From: Vicugna vicugna
Taxonomy: Eukaryota
Assembly: GCA_013265495.1 (NCBI GenBank)
Contig: MU059938.1
Span: forward strand, 3,385,656-3,449,655
Length of the DNA: 64,000 nt
Reading direction: 5' to 3'
The notes under the pieces were generated by a model, which worked only from the letters and a program-made list of their open reading frames with translations, was not told where the DNA came from and did not search any database. Each line of letters begins with the position of its first letter. Position 1 is the stretch's first letter. Positions 36,455 to 49,460 of the stretch are shown in pieces. Position numbers and translations under genes: made by a program.

Positions 36455-36890
36455 ACTTCCCCTCCATCTCTTTGACCACTGGCCCCCTCAGCTGTTACTT
36501 CATCCCTTCTACTCCAGCCACACTGTACTCAGCGTCCAAGTACCCGCCCCCTTGCCTCTTGTATGTGTGCGTCCCATCCCTTCATGCCCACCCTGCAAAC
36601 CAATAATCATCTTCCAAGATGCTGCCCAAACCCACCTCTTCTGCAAGGCACTCTTGAATTACTTTGCCCATAGTTAGACAAATACACACAGGTCGGGGTA
36701 GCTGTACTATGTCACTGTATTCAGATTTATCTGTTTCTTTATCTCCACTGATGTTTTTATTCAACAACTAGATACTGAGTGAGCAGGCACAAGTGGAGTG
36801 AGCTCCTTGAGGGTGGGGACTGTGTCTGTCATCCCTGTGACCTCAGCTCGGCTTTTGCATAGGTTAGAAACACAGTATCTCTTCAGTGCT
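36455..36890 (+). mobile_element. L2 3' region
   Basis: ctccagccacactg...gtgagctccttgagggtggggactgtgtctg. Confidence 0.7.
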
Positions 36891-37718
36891 TAAAGAATGA
36901 TGGAATGATAAAGCCCAGCTCTTTGATATTCAGGAATGACTTTGCTCATTTTATAGCAGAGAGGCCTTTACCTTTGTATCTAAGACACGTAAGGAAGATA
37001 CCACAGTTCCTTCCTTCTTTTTTTTTTTTTTTTTACAGCTTACTCTTACTGTCAGGAATTTCTTCTCAAGTCTAATCTGAACCGCACCTCCCACAAGGCA
37101 AGCCTCCCCTTGATTCTCCCTTGCTTGGAAAATTACAAATGTTGCTCTTCATTGCAATTCTGACATTTGAAAATTATTCTAACAATTTCTCAGCTAGTCC
37201 CAACCTCCAAAAAATGTGCTGCTGAGAGTCTCAATTAACTTTATTCTCACAGAGGCCAGTTTCCAAGGCTAGATATCTTTTAACACATATTTTCTCCTGG
37301 GGACTGTTGAAGGCCTTTGCATCACACATCACAGTCGTGGGGCCAGAAGCTTCCCAGCTTTGGCTCAAGGAAGAGAGCCTTCCCAGATGTAAGAAGAGTG
37401 TACGTACGTCCACTGTCCACCTACTGTGAGACACTCTTGATGTGGCTCGGCTAGGACCCCTGCTGTTGTCTCATCCATTTCCATCCAAGATTTCTGGTCC
37501 CTTCCATTTGTGCATGTGACTCTGGTGTCCTCCACTGTGACCATGTTCCCCATTCGCTCTCCTAATACCAACGAGTCTGAGGTTGGTTTTCCAAGAGATT
37601 GTCTTTCTGTGCTATCTGGGGGGCTGGCCACAAATTACTTTCCTCCTGAATCTCAAGTATAATGTCAAATAGTGCCTGGCCAAAGATTTTAGGAACTGCT
37701 AACTATCCCACAACTGAG

Positions 37719-38091
37719 TGTATTAATGGGTTGAAAAGGTCTCCCCCTCACCCCCAGATTCACATATATAAGTCCTAATGCCCATCAAGTCAGAGTGTGA
37801 CCTGATTCGGTGTGGACGTCATGATGTAAGATGAGGTCAAACTCGAGTAGCATAGTCCCCTAATTCAATATGACTGGTGTCCTTATACAGGGGGAGATTT
37901 GGGCACAGAGACATACACACAGGGAGAGTATCATGCGAAGACAAGAGTTATGCTGCCATGCGGAAACTGCTAGGAGGTAGGAGAGGGGCCCGGAACAGAC
38001 CCTCCCTTAATGCCTTCCCATGGAAATTTCTGTTGTTCTAAGCTACCCAGTTTTTGGCCCTTTGTAACTGCAGCCCTAGTAAACCAACACA
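37719..38091 (+). mobile_element. MaLR LTR, MLT1B/C-like
   Basis: tgtattaatgggttgaa...taagatgaggtca...tatgactggtgtccttata...ttgtaactgcagccctagtaaaccaacaca. Confidence 0.85.
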
Positions 38092-38324
38092 TAAAGTGAC
38101 ACGCGGACCACTTTTTTTTTTTTTTTACTGTATCTTGCTATTCTGAAGGTGGCAAGCAGGTTTCCCTTTAAAGTTTATACCTAGTCTTCAAGTGACATCA
38201 TGCTGTCTCCCGCCGCAGGGGATGGTTAGACAGCCAGCATTGTCCTCGGCACTAAGGCGGAGAACACTAAGAACGCGGGGGAGGGTATTGGGCGAGGGAG
38301 AAAAGGAAGAGGGAAGGAATGCGT

Positions 38325-38500
38325 CTTTCTGTGCCAGGCACACATGTATCTCTGCTCCCCAAAACCACCTCCTGATGCAAGCAGACTGCACTTTATTCGC
38401 ATATTACAAATCAGGTAAGGTTTGGCAAGATCAGTCATCTGGTTATCACACAACCAGAGAGTAACAGCACGATACTGGAATCCAGCTCTGTCCGGCTCCA
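38325..38500 (-). mobile_element. MIR
   Basis: tgtgccaggc...ctggaatccagctctgtccggctccaaagcc. Confidence 0.55.
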
Positions 38501-40559
38501 AAGCCAAACCGGGATTTTCCTCCGGGGAGAGTAATTAGGCAACAGGACAGGTTACCAAAGAACGCTGGCAACTACCATTTTCTTGATGGCTTATAAAAAG
38601 GGCACACAGTTACCTTTTAAGGATAGGTTACGTATCGTTTTAGCTGAAGTCAGGCGCATGGGCATACGATCTTTCAAAGTTCCTTTTGGGTCTATGATCT
38701 TTATGACTATAGAACAGTCCTCATGAATGGAGGAAGGAACAGCCTTACACTTCAGGGATTTCAGCCATGTGGCCCCCATTTCAGAGTCGTCTCTCTAGAT
38801 TAAGGGACAAGACTATGCAACCAAGTGGGTCCCAAGTCCCAGTAACCCATGTCCCATGCCAGTTCTGCTTCAGCACACCAGTGTCTCTTCCATGCTTTGA
38901 GTCCCAAGATATTGAGTGATTTCAGATCCCTCAAAAGCAGGGAGACCAAGCATGCTATCTTGACATGCTTTCTTTAACCCTATTTCACCTTCTAGTCACC
39001 TCCTGCAGATGAAGCAATACCACTTTTTATTCACTTAGTAACACACTGCCTGTTTGAAGACAGGAATCTGGAGCCATGAGAATCTAACTTTAAAGGTACT
39101 GAAATCACCAGGAAGAGCGGATCACACAGGAAACACTCGTAACTGTTCAGAGCAATGCACAACTAAATTACAGCACGAAGGAAGGTGGCGAAACTTAACA
39201 GAAACAAAAATGAGCAGGCGGGTTCTACTTTCAGGAAGATAAGAAATTCTTCCTCTGAACGTGGATCCCATCAGCCAGAATTGGATGAGACGCACAGTCA
39301 TGGACACCGTGTGTGTAAACTAATCACCGCTTACTATCAACAGCCTCTGTAGTGGCTATTTAATTAAAAGCAAACCTTTATTTTTATAATTGTGCCTAAT
39401 TATCAAGATGGGAGGGGGATGTTTACTTTGGATTACAATGCTGAAACGATGAAAAAGCTACTTTTTGAGAAAGAAAATGACCCTTGATACAGACATTTTC
39501 TTCTCAAAGCGTTAAGACACTGACAGTTGCAAACTGAGGACGGGGAGAGAAGTTGGGTTGTCACTGTTGCTGCTTTTCCCTTTTCTGATAGGGTTTCGAC
39601 TTGAAGGAGCTCAGTCTATTGAAGGCAGTAAATTAACTCCTGGTTGGGCATTTCACCGGGTTCTACTTCTCCAACAGAAGGTCATTCCCATTTGTGGGGC
39701 TCCGCCTCCCGGGACGGGAACACCGCGGGGCTGCTCGGAAATTGACAAGACCCCAGCACCGCTGGCTAACAATTCCCCGACATCCTCGTGGTCGTGCTAC
39801 TTAACACAAACGACAGGAAATCTTTCAAAACCCCAAAGCATGGGAATCAACGCCCTGTACCATGTGGATCGTATCAGTCTGCTGGTGCTGATACTCCCAT
39901 CTCACTGGGAGAATAAAGAACCAGAAACCACTTATCTTTAAGATAAAACAAAAGTCTTCGCTTCCTCCCTGCCCGGCTTCACAAAGTCCTCAACTATAAA
40001 GAAAGAAAGGGGAAAAAATGCACAAGCTGATACTTGGCCAAAGTTACTTGGGGCAGGGAAAAAAAAAAAAAGATATTTCCTTAAAGCCCCTATGGACCAG
40101 GCTGATGAAAATTGGGGGCTACCTCACTTCTCTTAAAAAAAAAAAACTAACACAAAACTCTGGGGTTTGCTTTGATTCTTTCCACTCTGGCTGCAGCTCT
40201 GAGGAGCGGTGCTGATGGAGCGGCTTGCTGCCTTTTCTGCAGACTGTGCAGGCACAGCCTGATGGAACGATGCGTCAGGGATCCTGTTCCTGCTCATCTG
40301 ATGGGTCCCTGAGGGGCTTCTGAGTAATGGTGCCTCGCCTCCCACAGCTCTGATGGGACTTACCTCCCGACCTCACGTGGGGAGGCTGCCTCTTCAGGGT
40401 GGGCGGTTCGCACCCCTCCTGCCCCACTCTGGTCCCCTCTAAGGCGTGTTTTTATGAGGTTTATCGTTCCACCCGGGTCTGGGTGTGAACGGCGGCTCGA
40501 CACAGACAAAATGATGTTTCCAAATAAAAGAATGTGCTACCCAGGAGGCACGGCCTGTA

Positions 40560-40700
40560 TTTAATTTGCTGCCTGTGTTCGATAGACTGTGAGCTCCTCG
40601 AGGGCAGGGACCACGTCTCATCTGTCTTTGTAGTCTCGGTGACTAACACACGCTCGTTCGTTCGTTCATTTATTCAGCAGATGCTTACTGAGAGCCGGAG
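40560..40700 (+). mobile_element. L2 3' end fragment
   Basis: tagactgtgagctcctcgagggcagggaccacgtctc. Confidence 0.75.
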
Positions 40701-41234
40701 GCACGAGACGAGCAAGGGACAGACTTCAACAAGGAATCAGACATTTCTTTTGCCCCACAGGCTGGATGGCCATGGAGTAAACATACTTTCTAATATGTGA
40801 TGAGACAGACACATGCACTCACATAAATAATACAAAAGCTGCACTATCTTACTCCCAGGATCATCGAATGTCAAAGATGAATGGGACCCTCTCTTACAGA
40901 TAAGAAAGGCAATTCTCAGAAAGAGCTGACCAGTGCTTGACCATGTGCTCTCTTCACCTTGAGCAAGGTGGTCCATGGCAGATAAAGCACCTCAAGTAGA
41001 AATTTCCATTGCTTTCTGCAGCCCTCCTGCCCTCAGAACCTAATTCTGCCACATATATATATTTATTTTTAATATATTAATTTCCAAAAGTGCACATAAT
41101 TCCAGGGTCTGCAGGCCATAGTTTAAATAAGGATTGTGAATCCAAATTCCTACAGGAGCCAAAATGTAAAACAATTTCAGAAAGTAAAGCAGGGGAAAGA
41201 ACAGAGGTCAGCATAGAGCGAACTGGAAACACAC

Positions 41235-41705
41235 GCTCTTGTCTCAGCTATCTACGGCGAATTTACAGCTTCAAGCAACGGTTTTCATTTTCTTATGCTT
41301 TTGTTGGCTAGGAATTCATGAAGGGCTGAGCTGGGTGGTCCATCTTTGATCCACGTGATGTCCCCTCATCGGGACGGGGGATCTATTTCCAAAGTGGCTT
41401 CCTCAGTCAAGTAACCTGCACCGTGGTGCTGCCTGACCTTCTGTCTTTCTGCACATGATGTGTCTTCTTCTAGGGTGTCTTCTGTGGCTTGGGCTTCTCA
41501 CACATGGCGACCTCAGGGCTGTCGCCTTGTTATATGGTCGAGCACTTCCATGAACAAGTGTCTCGAGACCGGAAGTAGATGCAGCCAGTTTCTGCCATAT
41601 TGGGCTGGTCAGAGCAGTCACTGAGCCTTCACAGGGAGGATACTCACACATCGCTGCTCAGTAGGAAGAATGTTAAAAGAACTTACCAACATCTTTAATA
41701 TACCT
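41235..41705 (-). mobile_element. MaLR LTR, MLT1F/H-like
   Basis: aagggctgagctgggtggtc...gcttgggcttctcacacatggcg...ccatattgggctggtcagagcagtcac. Confidence 0.7.
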
Positions 41706-41729
41706 TAGCCTGTTTCAAAGAGCAGCAAC

Positions 41730-41920
41730 GAGGCACCAGGTTGCTGTACTGTGGGACTGTGGGACTGTGGTCCAGTATAAAATATTAAGAAAATTTTAAA
41801 TAGGAAATGGAAATTTGTATTTAAAAATATTTTAAAGTGTTGTCAACCAATTCAAATTTTCTGAAAAGCTCTGTGTGTCAAATACGCACATTTGCAGATT
41901 CTGCCATGCCCACCAATATA
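41730..41920. mobile_element. hAT-Charlie-type MITE relic
   Basis: caattcaaattttctgaaaagctctgtgtgtcaaatacgcacatttgcag resembles Charlie-family MITEs. Confidence 0.4.
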
Positions 41921-42339
41921 TACCCTGGGCTTCATGAACCAAACAAAAGTCTTAAAGAGGAGTTTTAAGAAAATACTGACATGCGTTTGAATATATTTTG
42001 CCTACAACAGAAATGTGAAGATCTTAAGAGTGTTCTATCATTTCTGACAATAGATTTTTACTAAAAACACACCAGTAGGTAAGTGAGGGATCTTTCTAGA
42101 GAACCCTATCATGACCCACAAGAGAAAACTAAATGTCTCCTCTTCTGAGAATTCCCTTCTCCCACTTCTATCTTGTCCAAATCACAGTTTGATGAAACGA
42201 AGAGTGATTTTTACTTTTTGTTGAATTTGACTGAGTACTAGAAATACAAGATGATTACTTAATGCCCCAAAGGAAGGAAAAACAGACATGCCCAGAAACT
42301 AGATAAGAGATCACTGATATACACAGCCTAAATTCCACA

Positions 42340-42460
42340 TCAGTACTTTTTAAACTTTAGGGACCGAATCACCTTTTGAGTCAGGAGAATTAGGGGATGT
42401 CCCAAGACTCAGCATTCTGAATCAAAACTCCAGATGATTCTGACGTGGGTGGTCCCTGAC
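42340..42460. mobile_element. MER5-like fragment
   Basis: gaatcacc...ctccagatgattctgacgtgggtggtcc. Confidence 0.55.
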
Positions 42461-42484
42461 TCAGTGAAGAAAATGTGAGGGAGT

Positions 42485-42610
42485 AGGAGACAGGGTTTCT
42501 AACCCCGGTTTTGCATTAACTAGCTAGTTGAGCTCAGAGAAGTCATTTCCCATCTCATGGCCTCAGTTTCCTCTTCTGTACTACGAGGAGGGCTGGCCTG
42601 AGTTATAACA
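42485..42610 (+). mobile_element. MIR
   Basis: aagtcatttcccatctcatggcctcagtttcctcttctgta. Confidence 0.7.
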
Positions 42611-43829
42611 ATGGCACAACAGACCATATCCCATGCTGAGGTGGAGCCTGCTCACTCAGACGCCCCTGCTCTCCGCTAAGCCGTGGCCTGGCCTCACGGT
42701 CCTCCTCTACCCGGCTACGCCCAGCAGACCGGAGGCAGCACCTGGGTTGAGACCAATTCTGTAGCCCTGACAGAGGATCTCTATGGTCTCATCCTGCTTG
42801 CGTGGCACATGATGGTTTTGGAGGGAAAGACTAGTGGAAAGAAATCACAACAGGTAGCTTAGGGGGAGGATGACAGTTTCAGGGCAGGAGTTGTCCAGGA
42901 ATAGAAAAGTGCCATCTGAGAGGGGTGGGGGTGCCAAACAGCCTGCCAGCCAATCTCAGGCCCACCCCGACAGCCACCGTGATGACGTCTTTAGTGAATC
43001 CCAGATGCTCTACTGCAGGACAGTCAGCTTCAGGAAGGGCAGGACTGGGACTGGGGTGAGCAAAATCATGGGTCCACACCATACATGAACCTGGGAGCGA
43101 GTGCCTCCCCTACGCTTTGCACCAGGCACCTCCTTTGTCCCACCCCAGTCCCAGCCCTGAAGAGGCGATATTAGGATGATGGAGTTGCAAGTTTGCTGAG
43201 AAGTGTCATCTCTACCACGGACCCTCTAGGACACAGTGGGAGTGGATCTTTTAAAAGTGGAAGTGAGGACAGGCCAGCTCAGACTAGGCCAGGAGTTCCA
43301 TGGATCTGATTTACTGAAGGCTGTTGGCATTCAGGGAAAAGGCTCCGGATGAATGTTGGGTTAGCTGTGCAACTCCGGTCAACTTACTTAACTCTTTAAA
43401 GTCTCAGTTTTAAAATATTCAGGATGAGAGTAAGGTCACCTTCTCAGCAAGGACGCTGTGGATGGACAATGGCGCCGGACACACAGCATTCCATCATCAC
43501 ATGGAAAGTCTTTCTTTCTTTCCAGCACCTATCGCGCCTTGAGTGATTGTCAGGAAATGAAGCAAACGAGGGAGAGCACCTTCATGCCAAAAATGGATGT
43601 GGAAATCCACGTCCTTGGGCAAAGGAAGGCTGGCAGGTCTTTACCCGCATTGTTGACTTTCTGACTCACAACTGCTTTCTCTTTTAACTTCTCCCTTCCT
43701 GCTCAGTTTGGACCCAATGTGGGAGGTGGACAGTACAATGCCAGGATCTCACCCACCAGGAAAAATCTCCCAGTGCTGCTCTGAGGCCAAAGTTCCAGGA
43801 AAAACATTACAAACTCTTGTGTCATAGGC

Positions 43830-44040
43830 CTGCTTGAATGATAGCTACCATTTACTTAGGTGGGTGGCATGTGCTTGGCCCACTGTTAAACACCTATGAA
43901 TATTAGCCACATCAGCCCTTGTCACACCGTCAGAGGTAGATGGAAATATTCTCCGTTTACAGATGAGGACACCGAGGCTCAGATGGCTCATACCTGTAGA
44001 AGTGGGTTAGAAACCGAGTCTTTTCCTGAGTTCCTCACCA
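43830..44040 (-). mobile_element. MIR
   Basis: tgatagctaccatttact...tttacagatgaggacaccgaggctcaga. Confidence 0.75.
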
Positions 44041-44224
44041 CTGTTTACTGTTGAAGAGTCATCACTCTGGAAATGCAAAAAACCCAAGAAGAGTTCATTG
44101 CTTTCAGAGAGTTCAGTAACACGGAGAGGCATCAGCACTAGTATGTAAAACAGAGAACAGCAGTGCGAGGCAGCTCAACCCGTCAGGAAGCAGCTCGGGG
44201 CAGGGACGCTGTGTTATTTCTTTA

Positions 44225-44900
44225 CGCCTCTATGTTCTAGTGCAACGCACGGCTCTTTGTAGGTCACCAGTCACTGTGACTCTGGATGTATGAGCAAACA
44301 AAACAACAAAACAGTAAGTGCTAAGGTACATGCTGCAGACAGAGGTAACTGGTGGGAATTCAAGGTCCAGGGAGGTCCACAGGGGTACGATGGAGAAGGC
44401 CAGCTTCATGGAGGACAGAGGGGGACCCGAGCTGGGATTGGAGAGGTCACAAAGAGCAGAGAGAAGAAACACATACACGGAGGCGAGATCGAGCGTAAGC
44501 ACGGGGCGCTGAGACAATGAGGAGGATGACCTGCTTAGCCCACCAGGCAGGCAGCCAGCTAAGCCAACTAATAACCGGCGGGTTCTTGGTGTCAAACTTC
44601 ATGTTATTTGGGAACAGGGCAACCTCTGAGAACAAGGTCAGGGGAAAACTGTAGGCTGGTCTAGACATACAATGCAGGGAAGTGAGCTGGAGCAGACTGG
44701 ACTGCAGGAAGGGCAGTTCCCCACCCATGGCGGGGGAGATGCAAAGAGAACTTCTGGCAGCTGTGAAAAACGTACGAGGAGGACGAGTCAGCAACGAAGA
44801 ATGTGGAGGAGGAGGGGTACCAGGGAAGGTGCTTGGAGGAACGCACCCTGGAGCGGATCACTCTCTTCATCTGGTTTTCCATGGACCATAGCAGCCTGTC
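44225..44900 (-). mobile_element. L2
   Basis: Reverse complement ends cagctcgggtccccctctgtcctccatgaagc...tagcacttactg...gcactagaacatagaggcgtaaagaaata (L2 3' end); explains the ORF cluster at 44.2-45 kb. Confidence 0.6.
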
Positions 44901-45499
44901 TGCTCTCAGAAGACCCTTGGCACATGTGTCTATTCTGTAAAGTGAATTCGAGGAGATCATATTTACTAAGGGCTAAGCCACAGGCTCAGCCATGAGGCTC
45001 CAAAAGCCACAAAGTCCCTTTAGTAGGGTTGTCTAACCAGATATATATAACATTTCCTACACACATATATGATTTTATATAAGCATTTTATATAAATGCT
45101 AATACCATATAAATTTACATAATTTTGTCCTGGTTTTAAAAACTAAGTCTAAAAATGGAAGAACATGAAAGATGGTTCTATTGAGGCTACTGGTTCCATC
45201 TTCACCCTTCCCACCCAATTGTACCAAAAGTACGATGAAATCGTACCAGCCAGTTCCGCTCTGTCACTGTTCAGTTGGTCTGTGTGTCCCAGCCAGGAAG
45301 AAAATCATTACATGGTCATGACCTCCTCATGGGCCTCAGGAACCCTCACACTTCCCACCAAGCAGCCCAGAGTAGGGATGGGGGTGATCTCTGCCTCTGC
45401 CTTGGGGGACGATCAGCGCATCCTTGCCCACCCTATATGCCGTGGAACCCCAGTGAGCTGCGGGATGTTGAAAGGCCTCGTGAAGAAAAGGACTTTCTG

Positions 45500-46030
45500 G
45501 TTGGGGCAGGGCAGGCCTTAAAACATCCCAGGTTTGGTGGTGACTCACTAGGGGGACCGGCAGGACTCAGCACATAATTATGCTCATGGCTAAGGTTTAT
45601 TTCAGCAAAAGGACGCAGAGCAAGATCTGCAAAGGGCATAGCCCTGGGGTGAAGTCCGGACGAAGCCAGGCACGAGCTCCCAGGCACCCATCCTCTCCCT
45701 GTGGAGTCTCACAGGATGCGTGTCATCCCTCCAGCCATGAGCTGTGACACACTGTGAAGTGCTGTCCACCAGGGAAGTGTGTGAGAGACTCACTGCGCAG
45801 AGGCTTTACTGGGGGCTGGTCACATAGGCAGGCTGGGCCTGGCAAGTACCCAAATTCCAGACTCAGACTCCCAGAAGGCAAGCAGGTGTTCAGCATAAGC
45901 GACGCTGTTTGGATAGTCTGGGCACGTGGCCCTTCTGATCAGGGGTGGTGGGACCCCTCCTGAAATCCAGCAGGGGCCAACCTTGCAAGCAGGACAGCAG
46001 TCTCAGCCCTGCTATGTTAACTGTTTTTCA
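45500..46030. mobile_element. ERVL-related LTR, MER21-like
   Basis: gcaggactcagcacataattatgctcatggctaaggtttatttcagcaaaaggacgcagagcaagatctgcaaaggg...ccagggaag...ggtcacataggca. Confidence 0.8.
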
Positions 46031-46079
46031 TATGATAATCTATTAAGTCCAGAAAACTGTGTCTGGCACGGCCACCTTG

Positions 46080-46265
46080 GGGAGCTTAGTAATACACATT
46101 AGCACATGAAAGGCTTTGAGAAGTACTACAGTATAGAAGCCTGCTTTAAAATTTTAACCAACATTTCCCAAACCTATTTGATCATTACCCTTAAAAAAAA
46201 ACACAAGACTTATTACACCCTTTTGGACAGCAGCATTCTAAGGAATACAGTTTGGGAAATCCTGG
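46080..46265. mobile_element. hAT-Charlie DNA transposon relic
   Basis: cattagcacatgaaaggctttgagaagtactacag...catttcccaaacctatttga...tttgggaaatcctg. Confidence 0.6.
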
Positions 46266-48074
46266 ACTAAGCAGACAAACCTGCATCCTTCTCTGCCTCA
46301 GCTTTTACTGTTCAGTCAACACACGAGTAACAACAGCCGGCAATTAGAGTGTTCTTACTGCGTGTTAAGAGTTTTTTATACAAGAAGTCATGTAATCAAA
46401 CAAGAGGTTGGCTGAGGTGACCTCTACGCCGGGGAGAGCAGCCCAGGAGGGGATAGCAGCTGCACGACAACTTTCCTAACCCTGGTCCGCCTTGGTTTCC
46501 TGACCTGTAGAATGAGAACACTGCCATACACAGTAAGTGCCACACATGTGCTTGCTGATTTTCTTTAGGGTAAATAAAATTCTTCCCCGCTTAAGCAGTT
46601 TTGATCGCTTGCTCTATGCCATGAACCACGGAGGGACACAGACACGGACTCCTGTGTCATCAGGGACTGAGGGATGGGATGGTCCAATGCGGGTGGCCCA
46701 AGGGAACCAGAACGGCCCCGGGTGGAGCTGGTTCCAGGTCCCAGGATGCTGTGACACCCGAAGCCGGGCAGCCAGGCCGATGCCAGGGAGTAAATGCAGA
46801 TCGTCACCGGCCAAGGGGCGCTGTCAGTTCCCTGGCGGTCTAGGACTGAGGCCAACCACATAAGTGATCTGTTTTTGACGCAAATAGGGCAAGACTCTAA
46901 ACAGCCTTCAGTTAAACCTGGCGATTTTATCCATACGGCTGAAGAAAGGCACCTCGCAAGAAAATCCCCTCTGAATCAAGACTCATACACATCTACGTGG
47001 TGGGAAAACGAACAGGGAAAGATGCCCAATTGAAGAATGACAAACTGCCATCAAGCAAAGAGCCCATTTTTAATATGCCTTAGCACTTTTTCTTTATCCC
47101 CTTTCAAGCTATCTCCAGGTGAGGAATGTTCTATATAGCTGAATAATCCTTCATCGAGACATATGAAGAGTCAGCAGTGTCATTCCGGAACGTGAAGGAC
47201 AGTGATATATTTTGTAGGGGGTCGATAGACACAGGTGGGTGTAAAGAGCATGTGTGGGGGAGACCCCTCTGTGCTTGGATGTGCTCAAACCATTGCCCGA
47301 ATGGGAATTTTGCCAGGGCTTGGTGAAGAAATGAGTGGGTTATCTCCTTGAGGCAATCCTAGGTTTGTGACATCCCTAATTGCTCTCGCCGATAATTCTT
47401 TGTCACCACTTTCTAAGCAGTCATCTCTTTTTTGAAGTAAGGATCCAGAGCATTCCGTATACTTTCCCAGGGCCATCCATGCCTATCCATCCCTAACACT
47501 GAGCTGTGTGCTTGGCTTACCGTATAGGCTCCAAAAATCACGTATTGAATAAATGCAGTCATTCGTTCACGGATCCTTCTGTTTTAAATATCCAGCACCT
47601 GCCTCCTTACCGAGCAACATCTGATGCATCAAAGCCTGTTTCCTCTCTGCATCCTGCCTGCCTCCCTCGGGTGGTACCGTTCGCACAGAACACTGCACTT
47701 TGTGGATAAGAAGAGTGGCCACAGGAGGAGCCTTTACTTTGTTTCAGTGCGACACTGCTCTGGCACCTTGACATGTATCAGCTCTTCTTTCTACACAATC
47801 ACCTACAAGGTAGGTCCTTTTGCTCCCTGACATTTTCAGGCACAGGGCAATGAAGCCCAGAGAAGAAAGGGTTTGCCCAAACTTCCATAGCCTCAGTCAC
47901 AGACCCACAGTCTCCATCCTCATGTTGTGGCTATGGTCTAACCACTCACGGGCCTACGTCAGTGCTGGTCTGGGAGATGGCTGTGATGGGGCAGGGCTGT
48001 TCCTTAAGGAATTCCTCCGACAATCAACAGAACAGGTTGGATAACCCACAACCACACAACTCAAACACGGAAAA

Positions 48075-48310
48075 AACAAGGCCAGGGGTTTTGCGGTCAG
48101 ACAGATCTGGGTCAAGTTCCAGCCTCTCCAAATTTTAACCTTGTCCCCTTGGCCATGTCATTTCCATCTCTCAGGGCATCAGTTTTCTCTCTAGAAAATG
48201 GGAATTAGGGGACCTACGTCATGGTGCTTGTTGTGAGAATGAAACGAGTTAAAGATCGTGACGTGTTCATTCGAGCGCCTAGTGCAGAGCTTAGTTAACA
48301 CTAACACCCA
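48075..48310 (+). mobile_element. MIR
   Basis: gtcagacagatctgggtcaagttccagc...cagttttctctctagaaaatggg...ttgtgagaatgaaacgag. Confidence 0.8.
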
Positions 48311-48939
48311 TTTAAAGGTGCACTTGATAACCACACTGCCTGAGATCTGCCTGAGGACTAGTAGGTGTTCTATAAACGTCCATTAGATGAGTGAATACAT
48401 ACACGTCTCAATTTGCAGAGCCAGTGCAATGAGACCTACACAGAAAGGGGTCATTGTATTCTGGTTGCCTCACAATGGATCTTCTTATTTCCAGGATTGC
48501 AAGCTTAGTAAAATATGCATAGGTTGGTGTCTAGATTTTTAGACGTGGTACCAAAATAGCCAAATTCACGATGGGAAACCTGCCTGCCTCTCACGAGCTA
48601 GTCCTTCCCCATTTTACTTTTCTTGGTGTCATTCCTGGCTCTGCTATTGGACTTCAGTTTCTTTAATCGCATCCCATCATCTCCCTGACATAACTCTGTG
48701 ACAACTTCTTGTGTTAAAGCCACAAACTGTTCTTTCTTGCCATGTAGAAGTCTTCAAAGCTCACTTTTTCCATGGCTCCATCTTTATGAGCTATACGCTT
48801 CTGCCTCTAAATACTAATGCAAAAAACGATGTTAATTTGGTAAGTGTATATCCCTGTCATTGATCAAGTGCAGTGAGGGCACCAACCCCATAACAACCAT
48901 GCTCAACACCTTTTAGGGTGTCTGCCTGCCTCACAAGGA

Positions 48940-49460
48940 CCACAGGGGATGCCTCTGGACAGTGAGGGAGATACCTTACAACCCTGCTGCTGGGCTGCTG
49001 TTGACTGGATCAAAACTGGGCCAATCAGAGATCCTGTCCAGGGAATAGAGAATTGAGTTGGGGGAGGGGCAGAAAATAATTGGGAGCAGAAAGATGAGAA
49101 ACGAGAGAGCACCTGGGAGAGTTCTGAGGGCTGTGGCCAGAGTCAGTGACCTCGGAAGGGGTGAGATGTCATCTGCCATCTTGTGACTTGTGTTAAAGAG
49201 ATCCCATGTAGAGAGAATGAAGTAGATGGAAAAGGAGAAACAAAGGAGAGAGAGAGAGAGAGAGAAGACTGGTCTGAACTCTTGCTGGCTTTCCAGTTCA
49301 CAGTTGAACCTCTTCCTGAGGTCCTGCTGCCTCTTTGCTCTGAAGCCCCGTCAAAGACCTTTTCTCTGTGTGTCTCAGGACCACCCGACCAAGCTTCGCT
49401 GTCTTGCTGAAGCCACCTCCAGCTTTCTGTTCTTCACAACCACAAGAATTCTAACTTTCC
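48940..49460 (+). mobile_element. MaLR LTR, MLT1K/L-like, with (GA)n
   Basis: gggccaatcagagatcc...gccatcttgtgac...gctttctgttcttcacaaccacaagaattctaact. Confidence 0.7.

Noticed and set aside
41748-41770. ACTGTGGG x ~3 and similar tiny tandem duplications (e.g. 19869-19906)
   Set aside because: Ordinary slippage events inside old repeats.
44230-44995. Cluster of overlapping ORFs as a retrogene
   Set aside because: Minus strand ends in an L2 3' terminus; no parent protein recognised.
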